Positions 1 to 8,892 are shown, counted from the first letter of the stretch. The stretch: 64,000 nt of DNA from Bdellovibrio sp. (GCA_013360185.1 JABWCO010000001.1:2560-66559); one strand, 5' to 3'. The notes: generated from the letters alone by a model not told the origin. Numbers and translations: made by a program.

Positions 1-1407
1 TTGCGTCGTCAGCAACGCTTGTTTTCTACTGGTAAGCCCAGTTTGATTTACGCCTTTGATAAGAACGGTCGCTTAGAGTTTATGCAAACTTTCAACTTTG
101 AAGGGGAGAAAGTTCAGTACGAAACATATTCTCCGCAAGCTGATGGCAGTTACTTGGTTTATGCCAATGGGAAAATTTCAGCACAATTGGCTATTACTTT
201 TACTCCGCAAATGACCACGCGAAAAATTCGCACTTGGAACTATAACAATGGCAAACTGTCGTTTGTGGATACTTATGAACAAAATGCATCGGGTGAAAGT
301 GATCCTGTGCGCAGTGAAATCTATGGCGCTGATGAAATGCTGGAACGAATTTATACTTTCAAGCACGGTCTGGTGGCTGGTGTTTTTAAAATTATCGAGG
401 AATTCAAACATTACTCTGCAAATGGAAAGTTAGTCGGACACTTCAGCAGCAAAGACAATGTTCGCCCACCAATGCTGACAACCGCTGTGACGCGACAACC
501 GGTTGTCATTATTGATACCGGTTTTGATTATCATCATCCGGAAATTAGTCGTGTCCTTTCGCAAAAGCACTTAGGTCTTTATGATGATCCGCAGCTTTTG
601 CGAACGGACTCTTCTGATATTCGCGAAGTGGTCATGTTGCCTCTGGACCGCAAGCCACCGTTCCCGATTTCCCACGGGACTCATGTGGCGTCGTTGGCCT
701 TCAAAGACATCCAGAAGTTTGAGCTTGTGGGCTTTGCAGGGGACTATTCTCAAGCCAGTTATTTGCAGCACATTTCTGAGTTCATCAAAAGGCAGCGCGT
801 GCCTTTTGCAAATATGAGCTTCGGCTTTGGTACTAAAGAAAATCCTTTCGGGGTGAATGACCAATCGCGCTTTGCTTTGATAGATTTATTGGCTTCAAAT
901 CCTGAAACTTTGTTTGTCATAGCAGCAGGAAACGCCGGCTTGGAAGTGCATCAAGAACGCAATGATGATTTGCCAGCGTCTGCTCCGGTTAAAAATAAAC
1001 TGGTCATCGCGGCGCTCAATCGTGGCGACTACGAAGACTATCGTAAAAGCAAAACGGCGTTGAAGCTGGCGACATTTTCTAATTTCGGTGAAGAGGAAGT
1101 TGATCTGGCGGCTCCGGGTGATCAGGTCAATGGGGCCTTAATCGGTGGCGGTTCAGTGCGCTTGTCGGGTACAAGCATGGCGGCACCGCTGGCTTTAAAT
1201 GCGGCGATGAAAGTGAAAGAAATTAATCCAGCACTGCAGGCATGGGAAATAAAACGTTTGCTGTGTGAAACCGCTTTTATTCCGGCGCAACCTCTGCCGG
1301 TGCGTTGCAAAGGAACTTTGGATGAACGACGCGCACGGATTGCCGCAAAGTTGTCGATCGAGATGAATTTGACCGACGCAATTCTGCGGTCTGCGCAAGT
1401 GCCTTAG
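1..1407 (+). CDS. Subtilisin-like (S8) serine peptidase, 5'-truncated by the window edge
   Basis: Catalytic triad contexts are VVIIDTGFDYHHP (Asp), HGTHVASLA (His) and SGTSMAAPLA (Ser). The frame is open to position 1 with no credible start. The N-terminal part carries NG(K/R)(L/I) repeat motifs. Confidence 0.85.
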   Translation: MRRQQRLFSTGKPSLIYAFDKNGRLEFMQTFNFEGEKVQYETYSPQADGSYLVYANGKISAQLAITFTPQMTTRKIRTWNYNNGKLSFVDTYEQNASGESDPVRSEIYGADEMLERIYTFKHGLVAGVFKIIEEFKHYSANGKLVGHFSSKDNVRPPMLTTAVTRQPVVIIDTGFDYHHPEISRVLSQKHLGLYDDPQLLRTDSSDIREVVMLPLDRKPPFPISHGTHVASLAFKDIQKFELVGFAGDYSQASYLQHISEFIKRQRVPFANMSFGFGTKENPFGVNDQSRFALIDLLASNPETLFVIAAGNAGLEVHQERNDDLPASAPVKNKLVIAALNRGDYEDYRKSKTALKLATFSNFGEEEVDLAAPGDQVNGALIGGGSVRLSGTSMAAPLALNAAMKVKEINPALQAWEIKRLLCETAFIPAQPLPVRCKGTLDERRARIAAKLSIEMNLTDAILRSAQVP

Positions 1408-1597
1408 GCGGAATCCGGAGCGGGTGCATGGATTTGAAACCGTGCCCACAACTGTGTAACATAAATCTTGGAAAACTCTTACATTACAAGGCCTAGGTCG
1501 AGCTGGACCTGGACCTTCGGCCAACTTTTTTTAAAATCAAAAATCAATAAAATCAGATACTAAGCTTCGCACTCCCAAAAAAACTAGACTAAGGCCC

Positions 1598-1625
1598 TAA
1601 AGTTTTCTGGACCATGGTCCGAATA
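1598..1625 (+). promoter_or_regulatory. Candidate sigma28 (FliA)-type promoter upstream of fliC copy 1
   Basis: TAAAGTTT (8/8 to the E. coli -35 consensus), N12, then TCCGAATA (5/8 to GCCGATAA). It lies about 325 nt upstream of the ATG, which implies a long 5' UTR. Confidence 0.4.
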
Positions 1626-1950
1626 GTTTGCTGTTACTTGTTGGGAATAAGACACGCAACTTCCTCCTGAAAAGAACTCTTAAGATGATTAAGAGTTTCT
1701 CCAAAGTGTGAAGACCTCCGTGGCGATCGTTCCTCGAAGATTAAGACATCAGTCACCTTAATCCCGAGGAACTTTTTCCAACCTTTTATAAAAAAATAAT
1801 TTAATGGTTTTAGGAAAGTAAAAACAAAACAAACAGACTTGCGGACGTTGGTGGAGTTACAGATTGTTCTAAAGGTAAGTGGTGCTACCTTGGTTCAAGC
1901 CTTGATTCACAAAACATCTTCGAACGCGGTCACTAATCCCTGGAGGTTCT

Positions 1951-2775
1951 ATGGGCTTAAGAATCGCAACGAATACAGCATCTATCGCAGCACAACGTGT
2001 ACTTGGTAAACAGCAAAAACGAGCTGAACATTCGGCGCAGGCATTAGCGTCGGGTTCAAGAATCGTTTCCGCATCCGATGACGCCGCAGGTTTGGCGATC
2101 TCGGAAAACTTCAAAGGACAATTAAAAGGTATATCGGCGGCCCGAAACAACGCCAACAATGCGATTTCATTTTCGCAAGTGGGCGAGGGTGGTTTGGCAG
2201 AGGTCTCGAATATCTTAACGCGTATCCGCGAGCTGGGAGTACAGGCCGCCTCGGATACGGTGGGTGATACGGAACGCGGCTTCCTTAATTTAGAAGCGAA
2301 GCAATTAATCCAAGAGGCGGATCGTATCGCAAAAACAACGACCTTCGGTAACACAAAACTTCTCGACGGCTCTGGTGGTAAATTAGAATTCCACGTGGGC
2401 GCTTATGGTGGAGAAGAAAATATCATCGCCTTCGACTTCGATGCCGATGCGACCGCGGGGTCGCTGGGAATTTCGGGGGTGGGTGTTGGCGATAAATCCG
2501 ACGCACGAAGTGCACTGGAGTCAGTCGACGAGGCCATTCAAAAGGTCGGGGCCTTGCGCGCCAACTTTGGTTCGATGCAAGCGCGCTTAGAATCGACGGT
2601 CAGTAACTTAGACGTGTCGTATGAGAACTTATCGGCCGCGAACTCTCGAATTCGCGACACTGACGTGGCAAAAGAAACGGCAGAGATGGCTTCGGCGAGC
2701 ATCTTGCAAAACACAGCAGTATCAGTGTTAGCGCAGGCCAACCAGTTACCAAACGTAGCATTGAAACTAGTTTAA
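1951..2775 (+). CDS. fliC: Flagellin (short, 274 aa)
   Basis: Flagellin N-terminus MGLRIATNTASIAAQR and motif SGSRIVSASDDAAGLAISE. C-terminal motif LSAANSRIRDTDVAKETAEM...LAQANQLPNVALKLV. GGAGG lies 5 nt before the ATG. Confidence 0.95.
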   Translation: MGLRIATNTASIAAQRVLGKQQKRAEHSAQALASGSRIVSASDDAAGLAISENFKGQLKGISAARNNANNAISFSQVGEGGLAEVSNILTRIRELGVQAASDTVGDTERGFLNLEAKQLIQEADRIAKTTTFGNTKLLDGSGGKLEFHVGAYGGEENIIAFDFDADATAGSLGISGVGVGDKSDARSALESVDEAIQKVGALRANFGSMQARLESTVSNLDVSYENLSAANSRIRDTDVAKETAEMASASILQNTAVSVLAQANQLPNVALKLV

Positions 2776-2890
2776 TAAAATAAATAGAAACAAAAGATAA
2801 AACACTTTTCGTAACATTTACGATATCGATGGGGGCCCGTACTGGGATATGGCCTCCCTCGAGAATGAGGGGTCGCCCACATAAACCCTT

Positions 2891-2944
2891 CGTGTCTTAA
2901 GCCCACCCGGGAGCACCCGCTCCCGGGATTTTTCGGAAGACACG
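2891..2944. terminator. Nested hairpin terminator between fliC copy 1 and the radical-SAM gene
   Basis: Inner stem cccgggagc/gctcccggg (2906-2914 / 2919-2927) is followed by attttt. Outer stem is cgtgtctt/aagacacg (2891-2898 / 2937-2944). Confidence 0.7.
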
Positions 2945-2977
2945 GAATGCTGGGATGTTTATCTGATCTTCAAGATC

Positions 2978-5482
2978 TTAGATAAACAAGTGATGAAAGT
3001 TGTGAGACACAAAAGGTTTGTCTTTCACTTTTCCTAGTTCTTCTAGGAAAAGGGTGTGCTCTGGATGGGATTGCTCGAAGACCGAAATATTAATATGTTC
3101 TTCTTTCGTGTAAGCCCCCGCTGTCCAATGCACAATTTGTCTATAATTAATTTGAATCTTAATTTTTGAATTCGCAAAAATACCACAGATAAGATCGTGA
3201 AAAAGAGCCATCTCTTTGTAGTTATTCTGGCTGACGACCATTGAGAATGTCATTTCCTCAATCGTTTCTTGCTTGCTCAAAAAGGCCATGTTTTCAAGAA
3301 GCTTTTCCCACTTACCACCAAGGCGCGTGACATTTTCATAGGTTTCTTTGGTTCCTGCATCGATACTGATTTCGATATTCTTAATGAAATCTCGGGCCTT
3401 TAGGCTGTTCCACATCTTTTCAGTGAGTAAATTTCCATTAGTCACAATTTTAATGCACTCTAGCTTAGGGTATTTTGTGGCATCAAAGTTGATAAGATAA
3501 TTACGAAACAGGCGCGAATAAAATGGATCGCCGCTTCCAGATATAACCATGTTTTTAAGAGAAGAAGATAAATTATTCTCAATAGAATTAAGAAAATAAG
3601 ATTTAAGCTGGTAATCTGCGGACTCTGCCGGAGTGTTATGAACAATGTCTGGACGGCAGGATGGACATTTTAAATTGCAGCTTCGATCAAAGCCGAACAA
3701 AAGAGTTTCAGGAAGTCCGCTGAACTCTTCGGCTTCTTCAGGGGTCGTAACCGCATACTCCTTTTCGATTTGTTCTTTGATCAGAAAGTTTGCTGGAACT
3801 ACGTCAGTGTTGATCAACTGAGACAAAGAGGGACAGACTTTGTGATCACAATGTCTATAAGAACCGTCCATCACCGAACGTCTGACCGCACGGGCATTTT
3901 TTGAACGCCAGTTTTTCAGAAAGTCCTCTGATTGATCAGGTCTATTAAGTCCCGAAGGGTTGTCTTCACTTGTTCTGATGTTTGACGGGCACCAAGATGG
4001 GCAACAAAGCCACTGACTGTCTTCTTGAATGTCCAAGTAAACAAAGGGTTGCGTGCAGACGTATTTGTTAAGTTTCTTTTTTACATTAGAGTCGATGCAG
4101 AATTGCCAGAACTCTTTGAGCTCCGGAAATGTTTCAAGAAAATGAGTGTTACGTCGACGGTCATGCTCAGTAAAAAATTTATAAAAGTCGATTTGCAGGG
4201 TTTGCTTTGTCTCTGGCTTATCTAACTCGTCTTGATCTGACCGGAACCAGTTTACGATTCGCGCCATTTTATCAATTTCAAATGGCAGAAAGCCTCTTTT
4301 ATATTTCTTCGTTTCAGGCAGATATGTTTCAGGATGCGCAACCATATAATCAAGTTGTGCCTGCATATAACTCACAAATTGAGGTGGCAAAATTTTAATG
4401 GTTTGGTGAGATGGGTATCTTAAAAAGGAAATATCAATAAAAACTGGAACCAAACGATCTGGATTGTACAGATGCTCAGTCGACTTAATTTTGATCACTT
4501 CTTCCAGTAATCTTTCGAAAGAAAGCACACTCAGCGCATTATAGGTCGCCATAATCGTCACGTGAGCCCGCGGAACTTGTTCCAAAAGGTCCCACAAACG
4601 CTTGCGCCAAAGTTCGAAGTTCATGCCATGACGTATGTACTCTGCTTGAGGGCCCCAAGCCTCTGCACTGGTGTATATTTCAAGTTTCTTTACGAATTTG
4701 CCGTCAGAAATTTTTTTCAGCTTCAGCAGAAAGTTCTGCCATAATTCTTCCGGTGGACAAAGATTCGTATTGATTGCGAAGACTAAATTTGGATTTGGAT
4801 TTTCTTGGATCCAATCCAGCACTTTATCCAGATCCTTGTTAAGCAGTGGCTCGCCACCGGTAACGCGAAACGTATGAAGGTTTGGATATAAATCTGGCCA
4901 CCACTTCCAGAAGGCCTCGCGAAATGGATTCTCTTGATTTCCTGGAATCGGAGCAAACTCGGGATCTAAGTAAGGGTGATTCCCTGAAGTAGGATAAGTT
5001 CCAAATTTTTTTATCTCCGCCATCCAGGCCGTGCTTACATCGGGACTGCAGTAAGAACATTTAAAGTTGCAGATATCCCCTAAATTTATTTCGACGTAGT
5101 TAGGGGTGAAGTTGGTATCTAAGGGGTTGTTCTTAATCTTCTGATATTCCGGAAGACTCCAAGAAAAACTGCTCTTGATAATTCGATCTGAAATGTTGTC
5201 ACCCGGTGTATCTTCGACACGCCAGCAATAGTTGCATCCTTCAGGCCGCTCCCCTTTAAGCATGGCCTCGCGCTCTTGAATTTTCTGAGGAGTGTTGTGC
5301 AAGACAGCGGGATTCTCCCTTAGCAAATCTAGGGGAATTTTATGGACTTTGGGATGGTGACAAGAGTGAGTGGTCCCATTTTGTAAGTGAATAGATACCT
5401 GCGTCCACTTGGCGAGGCAAAAGCTCGGTGAAACGGCAGACAAGGCTTCTTTAACTTTATCTAGATGCTCACGATTTGACAT
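2978..5482 (-). CDS. Double radical-SAM domain fusion protein (834 aa)
   Basis: Two CX3CX2C motifs: GDICNFKCSYCSP (nt 5048-5071) and DRSCNLKCPSCRP (nt 3656-3679). Each is followed by a Gly-rich SAM motif (VTGGEPLL; ISGSGDPF). A Cys-rich linker spans aa 476-550. Confidence 0.9.
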   Translation of the reverse strand: MSNREHLDKVKEALSAVSPSFCLAKWTQVSIHLQNGTTHSCHHPKVHKIPLDLLRENPAVLHNTPQKIQEREAMLKGERPEGCNYCWRVEDTPGDNISDRIIKSSFSWSLPEYQKIKNNPLDTNFTPNYVEINLGDICNFKCSYCSPDVSTAWMAEIKKFGTYPTSGNHPYLDPEFAPIPGNQENPFREAFWKWWPDLYPNLHTFRVTGGEPLLNKDLDKVLDWIQENPNPNLVFAINTNLCPPEELWQNFLLKLKKISDGKFVKKLEIYTSAEAWGPQAEYIRHGMNFELWRKRLWDLLEQVPRAHVTIMATYNALSVLSFERLLEEVIKIKSTEHLYNPDRLVPVFIDISFLRYPSHQTIKILPPQFVSYMQAQLDYMVAHPETYLPETKKYKRGFLPFEIDKMARIVNWFRSDQDELDKPETKQTLQIDFYKFFTEHDRRRNTHFLETFPELKEFWQFCIDSNVKKKLNKYVCTQPFVYLDIQEDSQWLCCPSWCPSNIRTSEDNPSGLNRPDQSEDFLKNWRSKNARAVRRSVMDGSYRHCDHKVCPSLSQLINTDVVPANFLIKEQIEKEYAVTTPEEAEEFSGLPETLLFGFDRSCNLKCPSCRPDIVHNTPAESADYQLKSYFLNSIENNLSSSLKNMVISGSGDPFYSRLFRNYLINFDATKYPKLECIKIVTNGNLLTEKMWNSLKARDFIKNIEISIDAGTKETYENVTRLGGKWEKLLENMAFLSKQETIEEMTFSMVVSQNNYKEMALFHDLICGIFANSKIKIQINYRQIVHWTAGAYTKEEHINISVFEQSHPEHTLFLEELGKVKDKPFVSHNFHHLFI

Positions 5483-5738
5483 GGCGACACACTAATACGG
5501 ACCTTCAGAGATTGCGAGAGAGAGATGTCAGCTAAAGCGTAGCGTCATCACTGACTGCATTACTACTGCGAGGGCTCTGCCTTGATTGCGCGTTCTCGCA
5601 TGCAAGCTTTTGGCTTTTGTCTGGTAAGACCTTCCTCGGGGCTGGACTTTAGTTTGGGTTTTTGCGCGTTTTTGGTCTTGTTTTCGAGACCATCGTCCAG
5701 TTTGGGCGCGACCATGGTCCAGAAATGCAGGACGAGAC

Positions 5739-5765
5739 TAAAGCCTTCCAAGACCTCGCCGAAAG
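5739..5765 (+). promoter_or_regulatory. Weak candidate sigma28-type promoter upstream of fliC copy 2
   Basis: TAAAGCCT (5/8), N11, GCCGAAAG (6/8). It lies about 170 nt upstream of the ATG at 5937. Confidence 0.3.
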
Positions 5766-5936
5766 GTATGTCAACAGCAACGATGAAACTAAAGTCGAGG
5801 CTCTCGAGAAACTCAAATGGAGTGACTGCCAAATGAGAATTCGCTTGCAGAGAGACTAGGCCAAGGTGGAGTCACCAACAAGTAACAATTGGTAAGTCTA
5901 AGTAGGTATAAGGCTTGCCGCAAATGGAGGTCCCAA

Positions 5937-6770
5937 ATGGGAATGAGAATTTCAACAAACGTGTCCGCTATCAACGCTCAAAGAACTATGATTACTTCTC
6001 AGCGTTCAATTAGTAAATCAATGGAGCAATTATCTTCTGGCTCCAGAATCAACAAAGCAGCTGACGATGCTGCGGGACTAGCGATCAGTGAAAACTTAAA
6101 ATCGCAAGTTCGTTCATTGAGCCAAGCTGGTCGAAATGCCAACGATGGTATCTCAATGGTGCAAACAGCAGAGGGTGGCTTGAGTGAAATTTCAAACATC
6201 TTAACTCGTATGAGAGAACTAGGTGTGCAAGCATCTTCTGATACAGTAGGTGATACAGAGCGTGGCTTCCTTGATAAAGAGGTTCAACAGTTAAAAGCGG
6301 AAGCGCAACGTATTACGCAAACTACTAAATTCGGTACAACTCGACTTCTCGATGGTTCCGGTGACAAATTCGACTACCAAGTGGGTATCGGAAATGATGC
6401 TGAAGCCGACAGAATTTCCTTTAATGCAGGTGAAACTGACGCAACGGTAAGCAGCTTAGGTATCTCAGGTTTTGACTTCTCGTCAAAAGGTGGCGCCCAA
6501 GAGGCTCTTGAGATGGTGGACAAAGCGCAATCGCAAGTGAATGGATATCGCGCTAACTTAGGTGCCTTGCAAAATCGTTTGCAATCGACAGTTGATAACT
6601 TGGGCGTGCAACATGAAAATATTTCTGCTGCAAACTCTCGAATCCGCGACACTGACATTGCGGCGGCTTCAGCTGAATCAACTCGTAACTCGGTATTGTT
6701 GGCAGCGAATACAAGTGTATTGGCACAAGCGAACTCAATGCCAAATGCAGCCTTGAAACTGATTGGTTAA
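5937..6770 (+). CDS. fliC: Flagellin (short, 277 aa)
   Basis: MGMRISTNVSAINAQR, SGSRINKAADDAAGLAISE and the C-terminal ISAANSRIRDTDIAAASAE...LAQANSMPNAALKLIG. GGAGG at 5926-5930 supports the ATG at 5937 rather than the TTG at 5889. Confidence 0.95.
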   Translation: MGMRISTNVSAINAQRTMITSQRSISKSMEQLSSGSRINKAADDAAGLAISENLKSQVRSLSQAGRNANDGISMVQTAEGGLSEISNILTRMRELGVQASSDTVGDTERGFLDKEVQQLKAEAQRITQTTKFGTTRLLDGSGDKFDYQVGIGNDAEADRISFNAGETDATVSSLGISGFDFSSKGGAQEALEMVDKAQSQVNGYRANLGALQNRLQSTVDNLGVQHENISAANSRIRDTDIAAASAESTRNSVLLAANTSVLAQANSMPNAALKLIG

Positions 6771-6835
6771 TATTTAATTAAGAAATAAAAGTTTGATCTG
6801 AGAGGGCGCCTCCGTGTCCTCTCGGTACCAACCTA

Positions 6836-6860
6836 CCCAGGAAGAGTGTTTCTTCCTGGG
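6836..6860 (+). terminator. 10-bp hairpin downstream of fliC copy 2 (possible terminator or attenuator, no T-run)
   Basis: Stem cccaggaaga (6836-6845) pairs with tcttcctggg (6851-6860), loop gtgtt. No U-tract follows, so this is a weak call. Confidence 0.3.
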
Positions 6861-6908
6861 GTACTACTGGGCAAAGGTCCTGACACGAAACCCGGTTTAA
6901 GGTACGAT

Positions 6909-6936
6909 TCAAGTTTCATTGTGAGAATGCCGATAA
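6909..6936 (+). promoter_or_regulatory. Sigma28 (FliA)-type promoter for flaG-fliD-fliS
   Basis: TCAAGTTT (7/8), N12, GCCGATAA (8/8). The -10 element ends 9 nt before the flaG ATG. Confidence 0.7.
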
Positions 6937-6945
6937 ATCCCTTGT

Positions 6946-7320
6946 ATGAATATTAAAGGATTTATCCCTAACATACTTCCCGACACCAAAGTGCGCTCTG
7001 TTGAAGCCACCGGGAAAACTATCAAGTCTGACGAAACCCATGATCGGGACGCTAACGGACAAGAAGCCTTCAGTCAGAATCAAGAACACAACGAGCCCAT
7101 GAGTGAAGAACAGCTCGAAAGAGCCATGGAGCAACTTCGCAATTTACCTTCTACAAAAGAGCATAAATGGACAGTCGACTTAGAGTTTGAGGAAAACGGT
7201 CGTTTTGTTGTTGTCAGAGACAACTTGGGCAATGTGATTCGAAAAATTCCCGAACTGGAACTCTGGTCTTTGCCTTCGGCGGACTCTCCAAGAGGACAGT
7301 TGTTGAAGCGCTCTGCTTAA
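6946..7320 (+). CDS. flaG: FlaG-like flagellar protein
   Basis: Small acidic protein positioned between fliC and fliD. The C-terminal block WTVDLEFEENGRFVVVRDNLGNVIRKIPELELWSL resembles the FlaG family core. Confidence 0.8.
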   Translation: MNIKGFIPNILPDTKVRSVEATGKTIKSDETHDRDANGQEAFSQNQEHNEPMSEEQLERAMEQLRNLPSTKEHKWTVDLEFEENGRFVVVRDNLGNVIRKIPELELWSLPSADSPRGQLLKRSA

Positions 7321-7492
7321 TTATTTTAGGTCTTAAAGCATTTGCTGCCTAGATGGACGTCCTGTAAAAACAGCCGCTGTCAAAATCGCTGCGTCTTAAA
7401 TCACATCTGAGCCTTGAAACCTGCTCCTCTAGCCCTTCCTAGAGACATTTAATTGACTCACGTTTAGTGAATCATTTTGACACAATGAATTC

Positions 7493-8860
7493 ATGGCAGG
7501 AATAAGAATTACAGGCATGGCCTCTGGGCTACCACCAAACATAGTCGAACAGCTCATGGATGCTGAGAAGATTCCTGTGAAACAAATGGAAGCCAGCAAA
7601 GTGAAGCAAGAAGATAAGTTAAAGCTGGTAACAGACCTTGAAACGAAAGTGACAGAGATAACAAAAAATTTAGGTGAGCTGACTTCGAATCAAGGTTTCA
7701 TTGATAAAAAATTTCTGAGTGGTGATCCCAACGTAATTGATGGCCAAGTGGATCCCCAAACCGCTGTGCCGGGTGACTATTCGTTGGAAGTGGTGCAGTT
7801 GGCGCAAAAGCCAGGGGCGATTTCGAATGGATTTCCGGATAAGAACGAAACACAAATTGGTGTGGGGTATATTAAATTTGAAACGAACGAAGGCACTAAA
7901 GAAGTTTATATTAACGGAAAAAGTTCAACTCTTGAGGGAGTGGTAAAACAAATTAATGGTGCCAATGTGGGTTTGACGGCGCAAATTTTGGAAGATCGTA
8001 AAGATAGTGAAAATCCGTTCAAGCTGATGATTTCGGGTTTAGGTACGGGCAAAGACAACCAGGTGCAGTTTCCAAAAATTTACCTTTTGGATGGTGATCA
8101 AGATATGTACTTCGACCAGTCACGCGAAGCGCGTAATGCCAAGGTCAAAGTTAACGGCTTCGAAGTCGAGCTGCCAGAAAATAAAACCACGGATTTAATT
8201 CCGGGTGTGACGCTCGATCTAAAAGCCGCGGCGCCAGGCAGAGAAATCCGCATGAGTGTGAAAGAAAACTTAGAAGTCATCAGTGGCAAAGTGAAAAGCT
8301 TTGTGGATGCCTATAACGGCGCCCTTGAGTTTATTCAGAAGCAAAGCAAAATACAGTCTTCTGATGGGAAGAATCCGCGCTTAGGCCCTTTGGGTGGCGA
8401 TGGAATGTTGCGGTCGGTGGAAAATGCTTTACGTCGGGTGATCTTAAATCCGCAGTTAGGGCTTGAATCACCAATTAAGCGGATTGGGGAATTGGGAATT
8501 GAGTTCAACCGAAACGGTACTTTGAACTTTAGCCAAGACAAATTTAATAAAACCTTGAATGCCAATCCACAGGGCGTAGCGGCCTTTTTTCGGGGCGACG
8601 GTTTTAACACGGGGTTTGTGTCTGGACTAAAAAGAGAAATCGGTAATTTGGTCAATGGGCAGTTTGGTGTGATTTCAAATCGTAAGAAGGGTCTTAACGA
8701 TCGAATTTCCCAAGTAAACAAACGAATTGAAACTAAAGAGCGTCAATTGGAAAGAAAAGAAGAAGGTTTAAGAAGAAAGTTCGCGGACTTGGAGCAAAAG
8801 ATGTCAGATTTGAATTCGCAACAAGCCCGTGTCGCTGCGATGACGCAAAAAGCTGGATAA
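7493..8860 (+). CDS. fliD: Flagellar filament cap protein FliD (hook-associated protein 2)
   Basis: N-terminus MAGIRITGMASGLPPNIVEQLMDAEKIPV is typical of FliD. It has a C-terminal coiled coil and sits before fliS. Confidence 0.9.
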   Translation: MAGIRITGMASGLPPNIVEQLMDAEKIPVKQMEASKVKQEDKLKLVTDLETKVTEITKNLGELTSNQGFIDKKFLSGDPNVIDGQVDPQTAVPGDYSLEVVQLAQKPGAISNGFPDKNETQIGVGYIKFETNEGTKEVYINGKSSTLEGVVKQINGANVGLTAQILEDRKDSENPFKLMISGLGTGKDNQVQFPKIYLLDGDQDMYFDQSREARNAKVKVNGFEVELPENKTTDLIPGVTLDLKAAAPGREIRMSVKENLEVISGKVKSFVDAYNGALEFIQKQSKIQSSDGKNPRLGPLGGDGMLRSVENALRRVILNPQLGLESPIKRIGELGIEFNRNGTLNFSQDKFNKTLNANPQGVAAFFRGDGFNTGFVSGLKREIGNLVNGQFGVISNRKKGLNDRISQVNKRIETKERQLERKEEGLRRKFADLEQKMSDLNSQQARVAAMTQKAG

Positions 8861-8892
8861 CTTAAAAAATATTAGTAACTGAGCGAGGGACC

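Noticed and set aside
1881-1895. A T-loop-like string ggttcaagcc upstream of fliC copy 1 suggested a tRNA fragment.
   Set aside because: No acceptor, D or anticodon stems can be drawn around it.
1869-2354. Long antisense ORFs lie inside the flagellin genes (1869-2354; also 5999-6199 and 6374-6658).
   Set aside because: They are shadow ORFs opposite strongly supported flagellin frames.
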